Assembly (NCBI RefSeq): GCF_003018255.1
Contig: NZ_CP027440.1
Length of the DNA: 64,000 nucleotides
Source: Escherichia coli
GTDB lineage: Bacteria; Pseudomonadota; Gammaproteobacteria; Enterobacterales; Enterobacteriaceae
Strand: one strand, 5' to 3'
Within the stretch, counting starts at the first letter, position 1. Each line of letters opens with the position of its first letter. This document shows positions 10,011 to 21,898 of this stretch, in pieces. The position numbers and the translations under genes were made by a program. The notes under the pieces were generated by a model that saw only the letters and a program-made list of their open reading frames with translations, ran no database searches and had not been told where the DNA came from.

Positions 10011-11546
10011 TTAGTGTTTCTTGTCATTCATCACAATATAGTGTGGTGAACGTGCACGCGGGTGCAGGAAGAAGTGACCTTTTGGTGCGTTCTGACTGTT
10101 GATTGGCTCCAGAGTGACGCCGGTATTCGCTTTGCTTTTACGATCATGAACAGCATAGAGAATAAAGGGCAGGGCAAGTACCACCAGGAAACTCACGACC
10201 AGTAATTCAACATACATATCGGTAGAGTCACCCTGGATGTTATCCGGCGGCAGGAAGGAAACAATAAACGCCATAATTGAAGTCAGCAGACCGACAATAG
10301 CCACGACCAGTTTCACCCCTTTACCACCAGGGATATTAAATGTGCGTTTTAAGTCAGGATGTTTAAGAACCAACACAATGTAGCCAATAAACAGCATGAA
10401 ATAAGCACACAGATAAATCACCACCGTCAGCGCCAGTGCGATCAGGAAGGACATGTTGTTACCGCCACCGGTATTGGTGAGGATGATCAACGCGATAGAA
10501 GTAATCACCAACTGCGAAATGACCAGCGTTACCGGTACGCCATTTTTGTTCATTTTAGCGAATGCCGCTGGCAGCAGGTTTTTCTGCGCTGTGACATACA
10601 TCCCGCGAGAAGGACCAACAATCCAGGAAGCGATTTCCGCCAGAACACCCAGCAACAGCAGTGCGGAGATCACGCGAACCGTCCACTCAATTTCCGGTGC
10701 CACATGTGACATCAGAACGGTAAAGGTTTGCATTACCCCTGCGGAGAGGTTGATTTCATTACCCGGAATGACCATCGCAATAGACAAACCGCCAACAGAG
10801 CTTAAGCAGATTGCCGCCACCATCAGCAGTAACATAGCCAGTGGATAGTCGCGCCCGGGATTGCTCATTTCATTGACGTGGGTTGCGGAAGCTTCAACGC
10901 CCATATAACTCAAAATGAAGGCAACAAATACAACCAGGGTGCCCACTTTAGAGAAGTCAGGGAAGAAGGTCTTCGAATCCATTTCGATAGCAACGGGGGC
11001 ACCGGAGTGCAGATAAATAGCCGCTAATGCGATCAAAATAAATGCAGGTAACAGGATACCGGCGAAGAAGCCAACTTTAGCAATTCGCGCCGTGTATTTC
11101 GTGCCACCAAACTGCGTTAATGCCAGCGCCCAAAGAATGATGAGTGCTGCAATAGTTTTGGTAATGGGGTCTTCATTCAGCGCTGGCCATTTCAGGATGT
11201 AGGAGAGTGCCCCTAACACGAAATAGAGCATCGGAATAAAACCAATGGCGATTTGCAGATAGCCAAATGAGATCGCTGCAAATCCCCATCTCGGCCCCAG
11301 AGTATTTGATACCCAGGCGAAGACGCCACCTTCTTCCCAGCCGTCGACGGTAGCCATTTCCGCAGCACAAAGTCCCACGGGAATAAACCATAAAATCCCG
11401 CCTAATAGCAGGAAGAAGACTAATGAAAAGCCCGATGTTGCGAAGGTAGGGTATTCATAAACAGCCATTACCATCGATGCCGTTATGGCAAAAAATCCGA
11501 GTAATGTGAGCTGCTTAGCTTTACCTGTCTGTACTGATGTAGCCAT
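10011..11546 (-). CDS. gadC: Glutamate:GABA antiporter GadC (511 aa)
   Basis: 511-aa polytopic membrane ORF downstream of gadB; sequence recognised. Confidence 0.95.
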
Positions 11547-11655
11547 ATTATCCCCCTAAAACGGTATTCCTGTCGGAACCGCACCTGTTTTGTTCTGAAG
11601 CGTATTCAGAACAATATTTTCCGTTGCTAATGCCAGTGAACAGACTTTGGAAATT

Positions 11656-11681
11656 GTCCCGAAACGGCTTCGTTTCGGGAC
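11656..11681 (-). other. Intercistronic stem-loop between gadB and gadC (10-bp perfect stem, no U-tract)
   Basis: gtcccgaaac-N6-gtttcgggac. Confidence 0.4.
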
Positions 11682-11701
11682 ACCGTTACCGTTAAACGTT
11701 A

Positions 11702-13102
11702 TCAGGTGTGTTTAAAGCTGTTCTGCTGGGCAATACCCTGCAGTTTCGGGTGGTCGCTGAGATATTTCAGGGAGGCTTTGTAGTCTTCCAGCAACAGTTC
11801 AGCAAAGTCCATTTCGAAGCCGCGACGGCACATAATGCGCATCACCACGATGTCGGTGGCTTCACCGCCTAGAGTGAAAGCCGGAACCTGCCAGCCGCGC
11901 AGACGCAAACGTTCAGAGAGGTCATACAGGGTGTATCCCGGATCTTCACCATCTTTCAGTTTGAAGCAAACCGCCGGGATGCCTTCGTCCGGGCGACCCG
12001 TACAGATGAACTCATACGGCCCCAGTTTGGCGATTTCATCCGCCAGATAAGCAGCAACCTGGTAGGAAGCGTTCTGTACTTTGGTATAGCCTTCACGACC
12101 GAGGCGCAGGAATTCATAGTACTGTGCAATCACCTGACCCGCCGGGCGGGAGAAGTTGATGGCGAAAGTACCAATCTGACCGCCGAGGTAGTCAACGTTG
12201 AACACCAGTTCCTGCGGCAGCGCTTCTTCATCACGCCAGATAACCCAGCCGCAGCCCAGCGGAGCCAGACCGAATTTATGGCCTGAAGCACTGATCGATT
12301 TCACACGCGGCAGGCGGAAGTCCCAGACGATATCCGGGGCGACGAACGGTGCCAGGAAGCCACCGCTGGCGGCGTCGATGTGCATGTCGATGTCGATACC
12401 GGTGTCGGCCTGGAATTTATCCAGCGCATCGTGCAGCGGCTGCGGGAACTCATAGTTACCGGTGTAGGTCACGCCGAAAGTCGGCACCACGCCGATGGTG
12501 TTTTCGTCGCAGGCTTCAATCATGCGTTTCGGGTCCATAAACAACTGACCGGGGCGCATAGGGATCTCACGCAGCTCCACATCCCAGTAGCGGGCGAATT
12601 TATGCCAGCAGATTTGCACCGGACCGCACACCAGGTTGGGTTTATCCGTTGGTTTGCCTGCAGCTTCCATACGCTTGCGCCAACGCCATTTCATCGCCAT
12701 CCCGCCGAGCATACAGGCCTCGGAAGAACCAATGGTGTTGGTGCCAACGGCCTGACCATTTTTCGGCGCAGGCGCATGCCACAGATCGGCAACCATGTTT
12801 ACGCAACGCAGGTCGATGGCTGCAGATTGCGGATATTCTTCTTTGTCGATCCAGTTTTTATTGATCGACAAATCCATCAATTTATGGACGTTTTCGTCGT
12901 CCCAGGTCTGGCAGAAAGTGGCCAGGTTCTGACGAGCGTTGCCATCAAGATATAATTCATCATTGATAATCTGAAATGCAACATCATCGCGCATTTCGTG
13001 CAGCGGAAAACGTTTTGATTCTGCGATAGTGGAAATAGACTTCGCACCAAAACGTGAATCGAGTAGTTCCGACCTTAAATCCGTTACTAGCTTCTTATCC
13101 AT
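11702..13102 (-). CDS. gadB: Glutamate decarboxylase GadB (466 aa), start ATG at 13102
   Basis: ORF 11702..13171 trimmed to [24 protein letters not shown]-dependent decarboxylase; called gadB rather than gadA because of adjacent gadC. Confidence 0.93.
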   Translation of the reverse strand: MDKKLVTDLRSELLDSRFGAKSISTIAESKRFPLHEMRDDVAFQIINDELYLDGNARQNLATFCQTWDDENVHKLMDLSINKNWIDKEEYPQSAAIDLRCVNMVADLWHAPAPKNGQAVGTNTIGSSEACMLGGMAMKWRWRKRMEAAGKPTDKPNLVCGPVQICWHKFARYWDVELREIPMRPGQLFMDPKRMIEACDENTIGVVPTFGVTYTGNYEFPQPLHDALDKFQADTGIDIDMHIDAASGGFLAPFVAPDIVWDFRLPRVKSISASGHKFGLAPLGCGWVIWRDEEALPQELVFNVDYLGGQIGTFAINFSRPAGQVIAQYYEFLRLGREGYTKVQNASYQVAAYLADEIAKLGPYEFICTGRPDEGIPAVCFKLKDGEDPGYTLYDLSERLRLRGWQVPAFTLGGEATDIVVMRIMCRRGFEMDFAELLLEDYKASLKYLSDHPKLQGIAQQNSFKHT

Positions 13103-13181
13103 TTTAAACTCCTTAAAATGATTGGATCGCATTAAAAAAGTAGGATTTATCGATAAAGTAAGCAAGTGCAAAGGACTCGTG

Positions 13182-13201
13182 TTTAAATAACAAAATCCTA
13201 A
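13182..13201 (-). promoter_or_regulatory. GAD box (GadE/GadX-GadW binding site) upstream of gadB
   Basis: Reverse complement reads TTAGGATTTTGTTATTTAAA, the conserved 20-bp GAD box, about 80 bp upstream of the gadB start. Confidence 0.75.
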
Positions 13202-13424
13202 TGTTATTTATCGTGAGATATTATGCGAATAATATTTTTTCATTGAAAATCAATACATTATTGAATTATTGGGTGGTAGCAAGGTGTTTTGTGTTGTTAT
13301 TTTTATGCACTTTCTACGCCTCCTGAATTATCACGTAAAAATCAGACCTTAAAATATCACTATTAGTACTTGGTTATTATTTTGAACGCATTTATAAAAT
13401 TATTACATAAAAATAGCGAATATT

Positions 13425-13457
13425 GATAAAATCCCCGCCAACGATGTGTTGACGGGG
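13425..13457 (-). terminator. Rho-independent terminator downstream of pqqL
   Basis: Reverse strand: hairpin ccccgtcaac...gttggcgggg followed by attttatc. Confidence 0.55.
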
Positions 13458-13463
13458 CTGTTA

Positions 13464-16259
13464 TTATTTTGGCAATAATACTCCGGTATAGGTATTCACC
13501 GGATGAGAAAGATATTGTTTAACGGCAGTGTTAACATTCTCTACCGTCATTTGTTTCAATAATTGCTCCTGCTCAGTCCATGCTGCAGGATCGTCATATT
13601 GAATAAGACTATTTACAATGGTGTTCGCTAATTGTTGAACGCTACGCTGTTGGATATCGAGGCTGCGCTGAACGTTTTGCTGGTATTCGTTCAGTTCTTG
13701 CTCACTGATCCCTTTAGCCAGACGCTTAACCATCACTTCATTCGCTAACGTTAACAGTTCATCATGTCGTTCCGGTTGACAAGTAAAAGCCAGCAAATGA
13801 CTGATATCTTTGGCCTGAGGATCAACCGAGAGGCGAGAAGAAACGCTGTATGCCCCAGAGGCCTGTTCACGAATATTAACGCGTAGATCTTTTGCCAGTG
13901 CGACGTTAAAAGCATCGAGCGCCATACGCGTCTCCAGATTAACCGGTGTCCGGGAATCATAACGCTTCCACTGTGAAACCTGTGCCACAGGTTCATTTTG
14001 TTCTTTTACAGTAACCGATGCGTTGTCCGTCGCGCGAGTTAATGGTTTACCTGCGGCTAATGGCGAATCAGAGTGTTTGATTGATCCTAAGTAAAGCGTA
14101 ATTAACGGCAGGAGTTTGTCTTCTGCGACATTACCGACAATGACAAACGTGATATCCGCTGGAGATGAAAACAACTGGCGATCGGCAGCCAGCGCATCTG
14201 CGGCAGTAAACTGTGCAATCTGATTTTCTTGCAGTAATTTCGTGCGGTCATCAGCATAGCGCGTCTCATACATCTGCTGGGCGAATTTCTCCGCTGGACG
14301 CTGGTCGAGCGTTTTCAACGCCTGAATTTGAGCATTTTGTAGCGATGCCCAAATATTATCGTTAATCGTGCTGTGGGTGATTCGCTGGTTAATCAACTGG
14401 AAACCAGGTTCAGGGTTATTAGTCCGCGCGCTAACAGAGAGCAATGTATTCATGCCACTGACTTTACTGCTCATGGTTACCGAGTTTTCCGCACTCCAGC
14501 GTTTCAGGCTGGAAGAGGAGAGTTCACCAACGCCGCTTCCGCTTACTGCTTTATTTGCCAGCGCGATAAGTGATTTTTGCTGCGCAGGGAAACTTAAATC
14601 GCCTTTATTAGATACGGCAGTAATTTGTAGCTTTTGCTCTTCACCCGCGGATTTTGCCAGAATAACCCTGGCACCATTGGAAAGTGTTAATGATGTCAGA
14701 TTCTCAGCCAGCGTTTCTTTGCTGCTAATTTCCGCCTGTGGGTCAGCGTCTACTGTTAACGATAAATTTCTGCCTGGGAAGATGTAAGCCGCCAGCTTTT
14801 TGTTGGCGTACTCTTTTTCCAGCGCCAGGATAGCCGCAGGAGACAATGCTTTTTTGGCAGCAACCTCATTGTTTACCATTTGCTCCCAAAATGCATCCTG
14901 GTTCTTTCTTAACTGCTGCCATTTTTCCGCCAGACTTTGCACGGTAATTTGCTGCCACAGACGTTTCGAAAGTTGATATGTCTCTTCCGGCGACAAGAAC
15001 GGCGTATTATTTAATGAGCTGGATGCCAGGCGACTGGTCAGCATACGTAAATCACGCTCAGCTTGCTGATCAACCGCATTTTTCAGCCAGGTAAGGCGGG
15101 TAGATTTAACATCATCGAGTTCTTCAGCAGAAAAGCCATGCTGATCAATGGTTGCCAACTCTGCCATTAATGCATTCGCAGCATCCTGCATATTATCGTC
15201 TTGTGCATTTACACGGAAAAACAGCGACTGATAATCGGGTGCAATTTTGACGCTGCGCGCAGTGCCGCCAGAAATAGTCTTCAACTCGCCCGACTGTATG
15301 CGTTCTTGCAGACGTTGGTTGAACAGCTGAACCAACATGCTCCATTCAGCTTGTTCGATAAAGCTTTGCTCATCGTTCACTTGTACCATTGGCAGGCGAT
15401 AATAGAGTGCGATGCCGTTCACCCGGTTTTCTTTATCATTGATGATATTAAAGCGCAGGTGGTTTTCGGCTTTTGTCGGCCAGACGCGATTTTCAGCTGC
15501 TTTGTTAGCCGGAAGCTTACTTAAATTATCCTTTATCAGCGCCAGCGCTTCTTTACTGTCGATATCGCCGACCACAATAAAGGTCATATTATTTGGTTGA
15601 TACCAGCGTTGATAAAATTGGCGCAATTGTGCCGGTGTGACCGTAGCGACAGTATCCATCAGGCCGATAGGTTCACGGTCTAAATTACGGGTATTTGCCA
15701 GCAGGAAAGGGCGGCGCGCCTGAGAGGTGCGCCATTTCGCATCCTGATGGGCACGCCATTCCTCAGTAATTACGCCGCGTTCAGCGTCTACTTCGAGTTT
15801 TTCAAAGGTTGCGGCATTACTCCATTCACTGAAGATTGCCATCACTTGTTGCAGATTTTGTTTCTGCGTAGTCGGCAAACTCACCTGATACACTGTTTCG
15901 TCATAGCTGGTATAGGCATTAACATCGCGACCAAAACGCAGGCCCATTGACTCAAATGTTTCGATGACTTTATTACCCGGCCATGTTTTTGTGCCGTTAA
16001 ACATCATATGTTCTACAAAATGAGCCACGCCGCGCTCATTGTCCTCTTCCTGCAATGAACCGGTATGAATTTGCAGCCATAAATTTACCTGATCCTTTGG
16101 TTGAGCATGCGGATAAATCATATATCGCAAGCCATTGTCCAGTTGCCCGGTAATTAACTTTTCATCCTGCGGTAAGGCGGCGGCAATCAGTCGCCCGGGG
16201 AGCAACAGAGTTGCCACTAACATCAGTAAGAAACAGAGGTTTCTCATAATTATCTCCAT
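13464..16259 (-). CDS. pqqL: Periplasmic M16-family zinc metallopeptidase PqqL (~931 aa); the ATG at 16247 has the better RBS and may be the true start
   Basis: 936-codon ORF with HFVEH zinc-binding motif; sequence and position after yddB recognised. Confidence 0.9.
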   Translation of the reverse strand: MEIIMRNLCFLLMLVATLLLPGRLIAAALPQDEKLITGQLDNGLRYMIYPHAQPKDQVNLWLQIHTGSLQEEDNERGVAHFVEHMMFNGTKTWPGNKVIETFESMGLRFGRDVNAYTSYDETVYQVSLPTTQKQNLQQVMAIFSEWSNAATFEKLEVDAERGVITEEWRAHQDAKWRTSQARRPFLLANTRNLDREPIGLMDTVATVTPAQLRQFYQRWYQPNNMTFIVVGDIDSKEALALIKDNLSKLPANKAAENRVWPTKAENHLRFNIINDKENRVNGIALYYRLPMVQVNDEQSFIEQAEWSMLVQLFNQRLQERIQSGELKTISGGTARSVKIAPDYQSLFFRVNAQDDNMQDAANALMAELATIDQHGFSAEELDDVKSTRLTWLKNAVDQQAERDLRMLTSRLASSSLNNTPFLSPEETYQLSKRLWQQITVQSLAEKWQQLRKNQDAFWEQMVNNEVAAKKALSPAAILALEKEYANKKLAAYIFPGRNLSLTVDADPQAEISSKETLAENLTSLTLSNGARVILAKSAGEEQKLQITAVSNKGDLSFPAQQKSLIALANKAVSGSGVGELSSSSLKRWSAENSVTMSSKVSGMNTLLSVSARTNNPEPGFQLINQRITHSTINDNIWASLQNAQIQALKTLDQRPAEKFAQQMYETRYADDRTKLLQENQIAQFTAADALAADRQLFSSPADITFVIVGNVAEDKLLPLITLYLGSIKHSDSPLAAGKPLTRATDNASVTVKEQNEPVAQVSQWKRYDSRTPVNLETRMALDAFNVALAKDLRVNIREQASGAYSVSSRLSVDPQAKDISHLLAFTCQPERHDELLTLANEVMVKRLAKGISEQELNEYQQNVQRSLDIQQRSVQQLANTIVNSLIQYDDPAAWTEQEQLLKQMTVENVNTAVKQYLSHPVNTYTGVLLPK

Positions 16260-16303
16260 GCGAAAACCGGGCAAATTTACCCGGTAAAGTAAAATCCGAA
16301 CTA

Positions 16304-18676
16304 TTAAAATTTCATGCTGACATCAAGCCAGAAAGTACGGCCACTGGCGTAGGTCGCCACGCCGGTATTCGTTGTATCAACCGCGGTTTTGCTATCCAGT
16401 ACATTGAGAATATCGGCACTGATCGTCAGGTTTTGTTGTTTCAGAAATTGTGGCGTCCAGGACAAGCGGGTGTCCCAGGTCAGGCTGCTATCCAGTTTCT
16501 CGTCAACATACTGCTTGTAATCTGAATATTCGTTGATGTATTGCGCATTCGTCTTACCCAGGATAATGCGAGCTTTACGCGCTTCTTGCCAGGTCAGCGT
16601 ATTCGCCCACACCAACCCGCTCGGTTGATGCGTGAAATCCATGTTTAAGGAGATCTTTAATGGATTATTAAAATCCGCCACTGGAACGCTATCATAAGAG
16701 ACCAGATTACCGTTATAAACCACCCGGTTATCATCGGTATTGCTTTCCTCATAACCATTGTTTAACGACAAGTTGCCCTTGCTCTTGATATAGCTAAAGA
16801 CAATTTGCGGGTTAACATCTACCTGGCTGATATGCAGGGGTTCGGCCAGTTCAAAACTGAGGTTGAACGAATGCGTTTTGGTTTTGCCGTCGTTGTTATA
16901 TTCAGTAATGGTGGTTTTAGTCGCGCTGTCGGTACGACTGCTTTTGCTGATTTGATCATGCGCTTCACGGTAAACATAGTTTGCGCGCGCAATAACGTTC
17001 TTACCGATTTTCTGCTGCAACCCCATTGCCAGTTCATCGTTATAAGGCGTTTTCAAATCCTGATAACGCGTCAGGGTTTTATTGCCTGATACCGATTCCG
17101 TCCAGCTATTGCGGATATCACGTAATCCCATATCAAGAATATTCCCGCCATAGTAACGGTTATAACCTGCGGTAATCATTGAGGTTTGATCAGCAAAAAT
17201 ATCCCATTCCGTCATAAAGCGCGGGGAGATATTGTGGTTTGACAGATAGTTGTCATAGTCATACCGCACACCGGGCATTAACGACACATTCCGCCAGCTA
17301 ATGCGATCCGCCATATACAGCGTGTAGTTGTCAATTCCCAGACTGCCTTTACCTTTATGGTAAATGGTATGGTTAGTTTTCTTTCCTGCAGCATTAATCA
17401 CATAGGATTCAGACTGGTTATGGCGTTCAGTCCATGCATCGGAATAGATGTATTCCGCGCCGAAGTAGGGTTGATGCGAAACATCACCCACGGCGAATTT
17501 TTGCCAGTCCAGGCGTGTTTTGAAGGTGTAATTATCTACAGCCTGGGAAATGTGTCCTAATCCACCACGGGTGCAACGACCTGAAATATCACCATATGTA
17601 CATGAAAGTTCGGTGTACCAGATGTCATGATCGTGACGGGTATAATCACTAATATGATCCCAACCAACGGTAGTACGTAGTTTGGCCCATGCGAGCTGCG
17701 TATCCATATCCCATGCCAGACCGTAGGATTTATTACCCATTTCGCGATCAGACTGCGGGAAGGTGCTGGTATTATAATCACGACTGGAGCCGGTATATTT
17801 TAAGGTAAAATCGTGGGTAAAGCGGTCGCTGGCAAACCAAGTAAATTTGCTCAATGCGGTATCGATAACGTTTTTATACTGTGCCCGACCGGCGACAATG
17901 CCGTCATTCGAAACATAATCCGCGCGGGTGATATCAGACTGGCGGCGCGATAAACCGGCGGTAACGCCAAAGTTATCAGCGAGTTCCTGATTAAACGACA
18001 AGGTATAAAAGTTCTTTTTAAAATCTGGAGAGTAATAAGTACTTCCTGAAGAACCTTGATTAAATGCGCTCTTGTTATTCTCATCGATATGCGATGTTAA
18101 CCAGTCCGAACGCGTAGTGCGATAACCCAGTTTCACGCTGCTATCATCAGCGTTGAAGCGTTTGATCTTTGCATCAATTACCCCGCCATTGAAGCGACCG
18201 AATTCAACCGGCACAAAACTGTCATAAAGCGTCACATTGTCCAGTAAGCTGACATCAAGATAATAGCCCTGTGACATCCCGCTAATATTGGTTGCACTAC
18301 TGGCATCGGACTCATTCGCTGGGTTCAGGTTATTAGTTGCACTAATACCATCAATCAAATAGGCATTCTGGTAGGGCGACGCACCGTGAATAGAGATTTT
18401 CTCCGGGCGAATATCTCCCTGGTTCAATGAGGTACTTTGCGTTGAATCCATGCGCACCGCAGGGTTGGTTCTCAGCAGATCGCTGATATTGCCATTCCCG
18501 GTCGGTAAACGCTCGATGCTTTCACTGGTGTAATGCGTGTTGCCGTTTACGGGTACAGGGACAGGAGCATAGACCGTCATCTCTTCAAAAACATGCATGT
18601 ACATGTTTTTGTCATCGACGGCCTGCGCTACATCAGCGCCACATAAAATGACGCCAGGAATAAGAACTCGCTTCAT
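16304..18676 (-). CDS. yddB: TonB-dependent outer-membrane receptor YddB (790 aa)
   Basis: 790-aa ORF ending in a C-terminal aromatic residue; recognised. Confidence 0.92.
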   Translation of the reverse strand: MKRVLIPGVILCGADVAQAVDDKNMYMHVFEEMTVYAPVPVPVNGNTHYTSESIERLPTGNGNISDLLRTNPAVRMDSTQSTSLNQGDIRPEKISIHGASPYQNAYLIDGISATNNLNPANESDASSATNISGMSQGYYLDVSLLDNVTLYDSFVPVEFGRFNGGVIDAKIKRFNADDSSVKLGYRTTRSDWLTSHIDENNKSAFNQGSSGSTYYSPDFKKNFYTLSFNQELADNFGVTAGLSRRQSDITRADYVSNDGIVAGRAQYKNVIDTALSKFTWFASDRFTHDFTLKYTGSSRDYNTSTFPQSDREMGNKSYGLAWDMDTQLAWAKLRTTVGWDHISDYTRHDHDIWYTELSCTYGDISGRCTRGGLGHISQAVDNYTFKTRLDWQKFAVGDVSHQPYFGAEYIYSDAWTERHNQSESYVINAAGKKTNHTIYHKGKGSLGIDNYTLYMADRISWRNVSLMPGVRYDYDNYLSNHNISPRFMTEWDIFADQTSMITAGYNRYYGGNILDMGLRDIRNSWTESVSGNKTLTRYQDLKTPYNDELAMGLQQKIGKNVIARANYVYREAHDQISKSSRTDSATKTTITEYNNDGKTKTHSFNLSFELAEPLHISQVDVNPQIVFSYIKSKGNLSLNNGYEESNTDDNRVVYNGNLVSYDSVPVADFNNPLKISLNMDFTHQPSGLVWANTLTWQEARKARIILGKTNAQYINEYSDYKQYVDEKLDSSLTWDTRLSWTPQFLKQQNLTISADILNVLDSKTAVDTTNTGVATYASGRTFWLDVSMKF

Positions 18677-18713
18677 TTATTTATATCTCCGTACAGCAGG
18701 GCTTTTATTGTTT

Positions 18714-20399
18714 TTATATAACCGCGCTAATGTCACAAATATCATCAGCCAGGTTCCAGACACCGGGTTGATGTGTAACCATAATGACGCCGCTTGTGGG
18801 TAGTTTTTCACGCACTAAACGCAGTAAGCGGATAGCCTCTTGTTCCTCAAGATGAGAGGTAGTTTCGTCAAGAAATATCCATTTCGGACGTCGTAAAATT
18901 AATCGTGCCAGGGCGATACGTTGTTTTTCGCCGCTGGAAAGAATATCGCCCCAGCGATCGTGGTCATGAATACGCGCAGCCAATTTCCCCAGACCAACCT
19001 GATGCAGTACTTCGCTCAACGATTTATCGTCTACGGACAGGGGAAGTGCTTTACAAATTATCTCTTTCAGTAAGCCGGTTTTGATTAACGGTGTTTGTGA
19101 CACATACCAACTGTCAGCAGGAGAAGAAATATCACCTTTAAACCACGGCCAGCAGTGGGATAATGTTTTAAGCAGTGTGGTTTTTCCCGCACCAGAGTAA
19201 CCTTTCAGTAATAGCCATTTGCCTGGCGAAACATGAAAGTTCAGGTTCTCTAATATGATCTTATTATCAGGAGTACGAATACTCGCGTCAGCCACTTGTA
19301 CCGCATGTTGGCAATTTTTAGGCTTATTCGTAGGGCGCTGTTCGGTGAGTTGATGGAACTCATACAAACGATCGATAACCGCAGCCAGTTCAGCAAGTTC
19401 GTCATATTTATAAATAAACCAGCTTAAATTGTTCGATACCAGCATAAATGCCTGGCGCGATTTCATCAGTCCGCCCAGATTGATCTGTCCGCTAATAAAC
19501 TGCGGCAATAACAGAAAGTAGGGAAGAACGCTAAGCGAGCGCGAATAAATATTCTGCCAGTAATCAAGCCACCGCTGACGATTCATTAAACGATGCCAGT
19601 TCTCTTTAATGGTATGAAAATTGTCGCTTAACTCCTGGCGTTGTAGAGACTCAGCATTGCTTAGCGCAATCAGTTCTGCCTGCTTATTATGCTGCACAAG
19701 ATTAGTTCGAAATGTCGCTTCGCTACGTTGTTTTTCCACATTAAGCGGACGAATACGTTTACCAACCTTATGGGTAAATAAAGTTCCACCGATCACAATG
19801 AGCACAACGGTATAGACCATATACCCCTGGATATTCCATTCTGTTCCACCAACAGTGAATGAGAGCGTACCCGCGCTTTGCCAAAGAATAACGGTAAAGG
19901 TGATCAACATGCTAAGTGACTGGATGAAGCCAAATGAAAGGCTGAGCGTTTTACTGATCAGTAAGAGAATGTCCTCAGCGATACGTTGGTCAGGGTTATC
20001 TGTATTTTTATGCTCACCGTAGATCTGCGTGAAGTAGTAGTTTTTATCTGCAAACCAGCGATTAAGGTAGTAATCTGTTAACCATTCGCGCCAGCGAATA
20101 GTCAGTAGTTTAATTAGCCATGTTTTGTTTACGGATATTAATACAAAGATCCCCAGCAGGGCAGGGAACCAAAGGACAAGCTGCCAAAGCTTATCGGTTT
20201 CTTTCTGGCTTAGCGCATTGAAAAAATCATTATTCCAGTCGTTTAACCAGACCTGAATTTTAACCACGCCAAGGATCATGGCGAGGATAATAATGATTAA
20301 CAACACTGAAGTTTTATTATTCTTACGCAGCCAAAATGGCTTCAGCAGACAGAGATACTTTGCTATCAACATACAAAACGTAATGGGAATGGTTATCAT
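18714..20399 (-). CDS. yddA: Fused permease/ATPase ABC transporter YddA (561 aa)
   Basis: 561-aa ORF with N-terminal TM segments and C-terminal Walker A GYSGAGKT; recognised. Confidence 0.92.
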   Translation of the reverse strand: MITIPITFCMLIAKYLCLLKPFWLRKNNKTSVLLIIIILAMILGVVKIQVWLNDWNNDFFNALSQKETDKLWQLVLWFPALLGIFVLISVNKTWLIKLLTIRWREWLTDYYLNRWFADKNYYFTQIYGEHKNTDNPDQRIAEDILLLISKTLSLSFGFIQSLSMLITFTVILWQSAGTLSFTVGGTEWNIQGYMVYTVVLIVIGGTLFTHKVGKRIRPLNVEKQRSEATFRTNLVQHNKQAELIALSNAESLQRQELSDNFHTIKENWHRLMNRQRWLDYWQNIYSRSLSVLPYFLLLPQFISGQINLGGLMKSRQAFMLVSNNLSWFIYKYDELAELAAVIDRLYEFHQLTEQRPTNKPKNCQHAVQVADASIRTPDNKIILENLNFHVSPGKWLLLKGYSGAGKTTLLKTLSHCWPWFKGDISSPADSWYVSQTPLIKTGLLKEIICKALPLSVDDKSLSEVLHQVGLGKLAARIHDHDRWGDILSSGEKQRIALARLILRRPKWIFLDETTSHLEEQEAIRLLRLVREKLPTSGVIMVTHQPGVWNLADDICDISAVI

Positions 20400-20689
20400 T
20401 AGCGAAAATTGATTGTGCCATCCAATGATTATCTATGGCAATGATTTACTGATAAAATTTATTTAAGTATCATTTAACAATATGAAATATAAAGAAATAT
20501 TTCATTTTCAGTGGTTATGGTTATGCTATTGATAATCAAGGGTATTGCTAATGCCCTGACGCATGCCGCGTAAGCCAGAATTTTCGCAAGGGAAGATGAT
20601 GATGACGAAACACCCAACAGGAATTTATGTCGGGTGCTTTGTTAAGGTCATAAGACGGAGGCTAAGACTGGAGCAAAGAAGGAGCGTTA

Positions 20690-21847
20690 TTAATTATTCT
20701 CCATTTGTTTTGCAACATCCATAATGTGGTAAAGCGGTACTCTGTTCTTGGCTAACTCCACCATGGCGTTCATATAAGGTACCATGGTTGAAAAAAGGAT
20801 TTTATAACCTTCGCAAAAATAGGAAATAGTCTCATTGTTTACTTTAGTAATACGATGCTTAGGGCAACCACCATTGCAGATAGGTTTATATACACATTGC
20901 TGACATTTCGCTGAAATCCGTTTTTTTTGCGCTGTCAGTTGTACACTGTTCATCGTTTTGAGTTCCGATTTATTAATGTTTCCAATTTTGTACTGTGGAT
21001 AGACAAAATGGTCGCATTCGTAAATGTCTCCATTACTTTCAACAACCAGATTATCCTTGCAGGACTCCTGGAAAATACAACTGGTATGCCCATTCCCCAA
21101 AAAACGGCTGACAAAGCTTTCAAACTGACGGATGAAAATTTCACCCACATCGTTTTTAACCCATTGCATAAAAATGGTTGACATAAACTTGCCATAAGCC
21201 GTGGGAGGCACAGAAAAATCAATGATACGGAATGTATTCTCAGTATGACCACTGAAATCAATATTCGGCGTCCCGGTTTCGAGCAATTCGATAAATTGCA
21301 TATGTTTACTGCCGATAGATTTTAAAAAATGATAAACCTCAAGAGGGTAATGGACATTAATGTTATTAATAACGGTTAACGTATTAAACTCTATTTGATA
21401 TGATTTCAGACGCTCGATGGCTGCTATCACTTTTGCAAAAGTACCGTTACCTGAATTACTGCGTCTGTAACGGTCATGTAGCTCTTGGGGGCCATCGATC
21501 GAGATACCAACCAGAAACTCATGTTCTTTGAGAAAGGCACACCATTCATTATTCAATAAAATGCCATTCGTTTGTAATGCATTAAAAATACGTTTTTGGC
21601 CTGCATAGCGTTGTTGATAGTGAATAACTTTACGGAAAAAATCCAGGCCAGCCAGAGTGGGTTCACCGCCTTGCCAGGTAAAATAGACCTGATTGCCAGA
21701 CGCTGCGATATATTGTTTGATGAACTCTTTCAGAGTGCTGTCATCCATCCATTTTTCATGAGTAAACTGCGACTCTTTTTCAAGGTAAAAACAGTAATCA
21801 CATTTGAGATTACATTGAAAACTGGAGGGCTTGGCTGTAACGTGCAT
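20690..21847 (-). CDS. ydeM: Radical-SAM anaerobic sulfatase-maturating enzyme homologue YdeM (385 aa), start ATG at 21847
   Basis: CxxxCxxC motif (CNLKCDYC) near the N-terminus; adjacent to sulfatase ydeN. Confidence 0.9.
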   Translation of the reverse strand: MHVTAKPSSFQCNLKCDYCFYLEKESQFTHEKWMDDSTLKEFIKQYIAASGNQVYFTWQGGEPTLAGLDFFRKVIHYQQRYAGQKRIFNALQTNGILLNNEWCAFLKEHEFLVGISIDGPQELHDRYRRSNSGNGTFAKVIAAIERLKSYQIEFNTLTVINNINVHYPLEVYHFLKSIGSKHMQFIELLETGTPNIDFSGHTENTFRIIDFSVPPTAYGKFMSTIFMQWVKNDVGEIFIRQFESFVSRFLGNGHTSCIFQESCKDNLVVESNGDIYECDHFVYPQYKIGNINKSELKTMNSVQLTAQKKRISAKCQQCVYKPICNGGCPKHRITKVNNETISYFCEGYKILFSTMVPYMNAMVELAKNRVPLYHIMDVAKQMENN

Positions 21848-21898
21848 CGCTATCTCGCTCAATAAGGCGGCGGAAAAATCCGCCGCATGAAGGTTTAG

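Noticed and set aside
12380-12955. 191-codon forward-strand ORF inside gadB
   Set aside because: Fully antisense to the well-supported gadB coding sequence, with no RBS and an unusual composition (H/R/G-rich); a typical shadow ORF in a high-GC coding region.
11702-13102. Possibility that this decarboxylase is gadA rather than gadB, or a gadA/gadB recombinant
   Set aside because: The gene is immediately followed by gadC, which is the gadB context; N-terminal differences (MDKKLV...) are within what I would expect for strain variation, and I cannot distinguish conversion tracts by eye.
20596-20724. 42-codon forward-strand ORF ([42 protein letters not shown]) with a GGGAAG RBS in the yddA-ydeM intergenic region
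   Set aside because: It overlaps the ydeM 3' end antisense and contains the hairpin that most likely terminates ydeM; the arginine-rich translation is not protein-like. A real small protein cannot be excluded without ribosome profiling.
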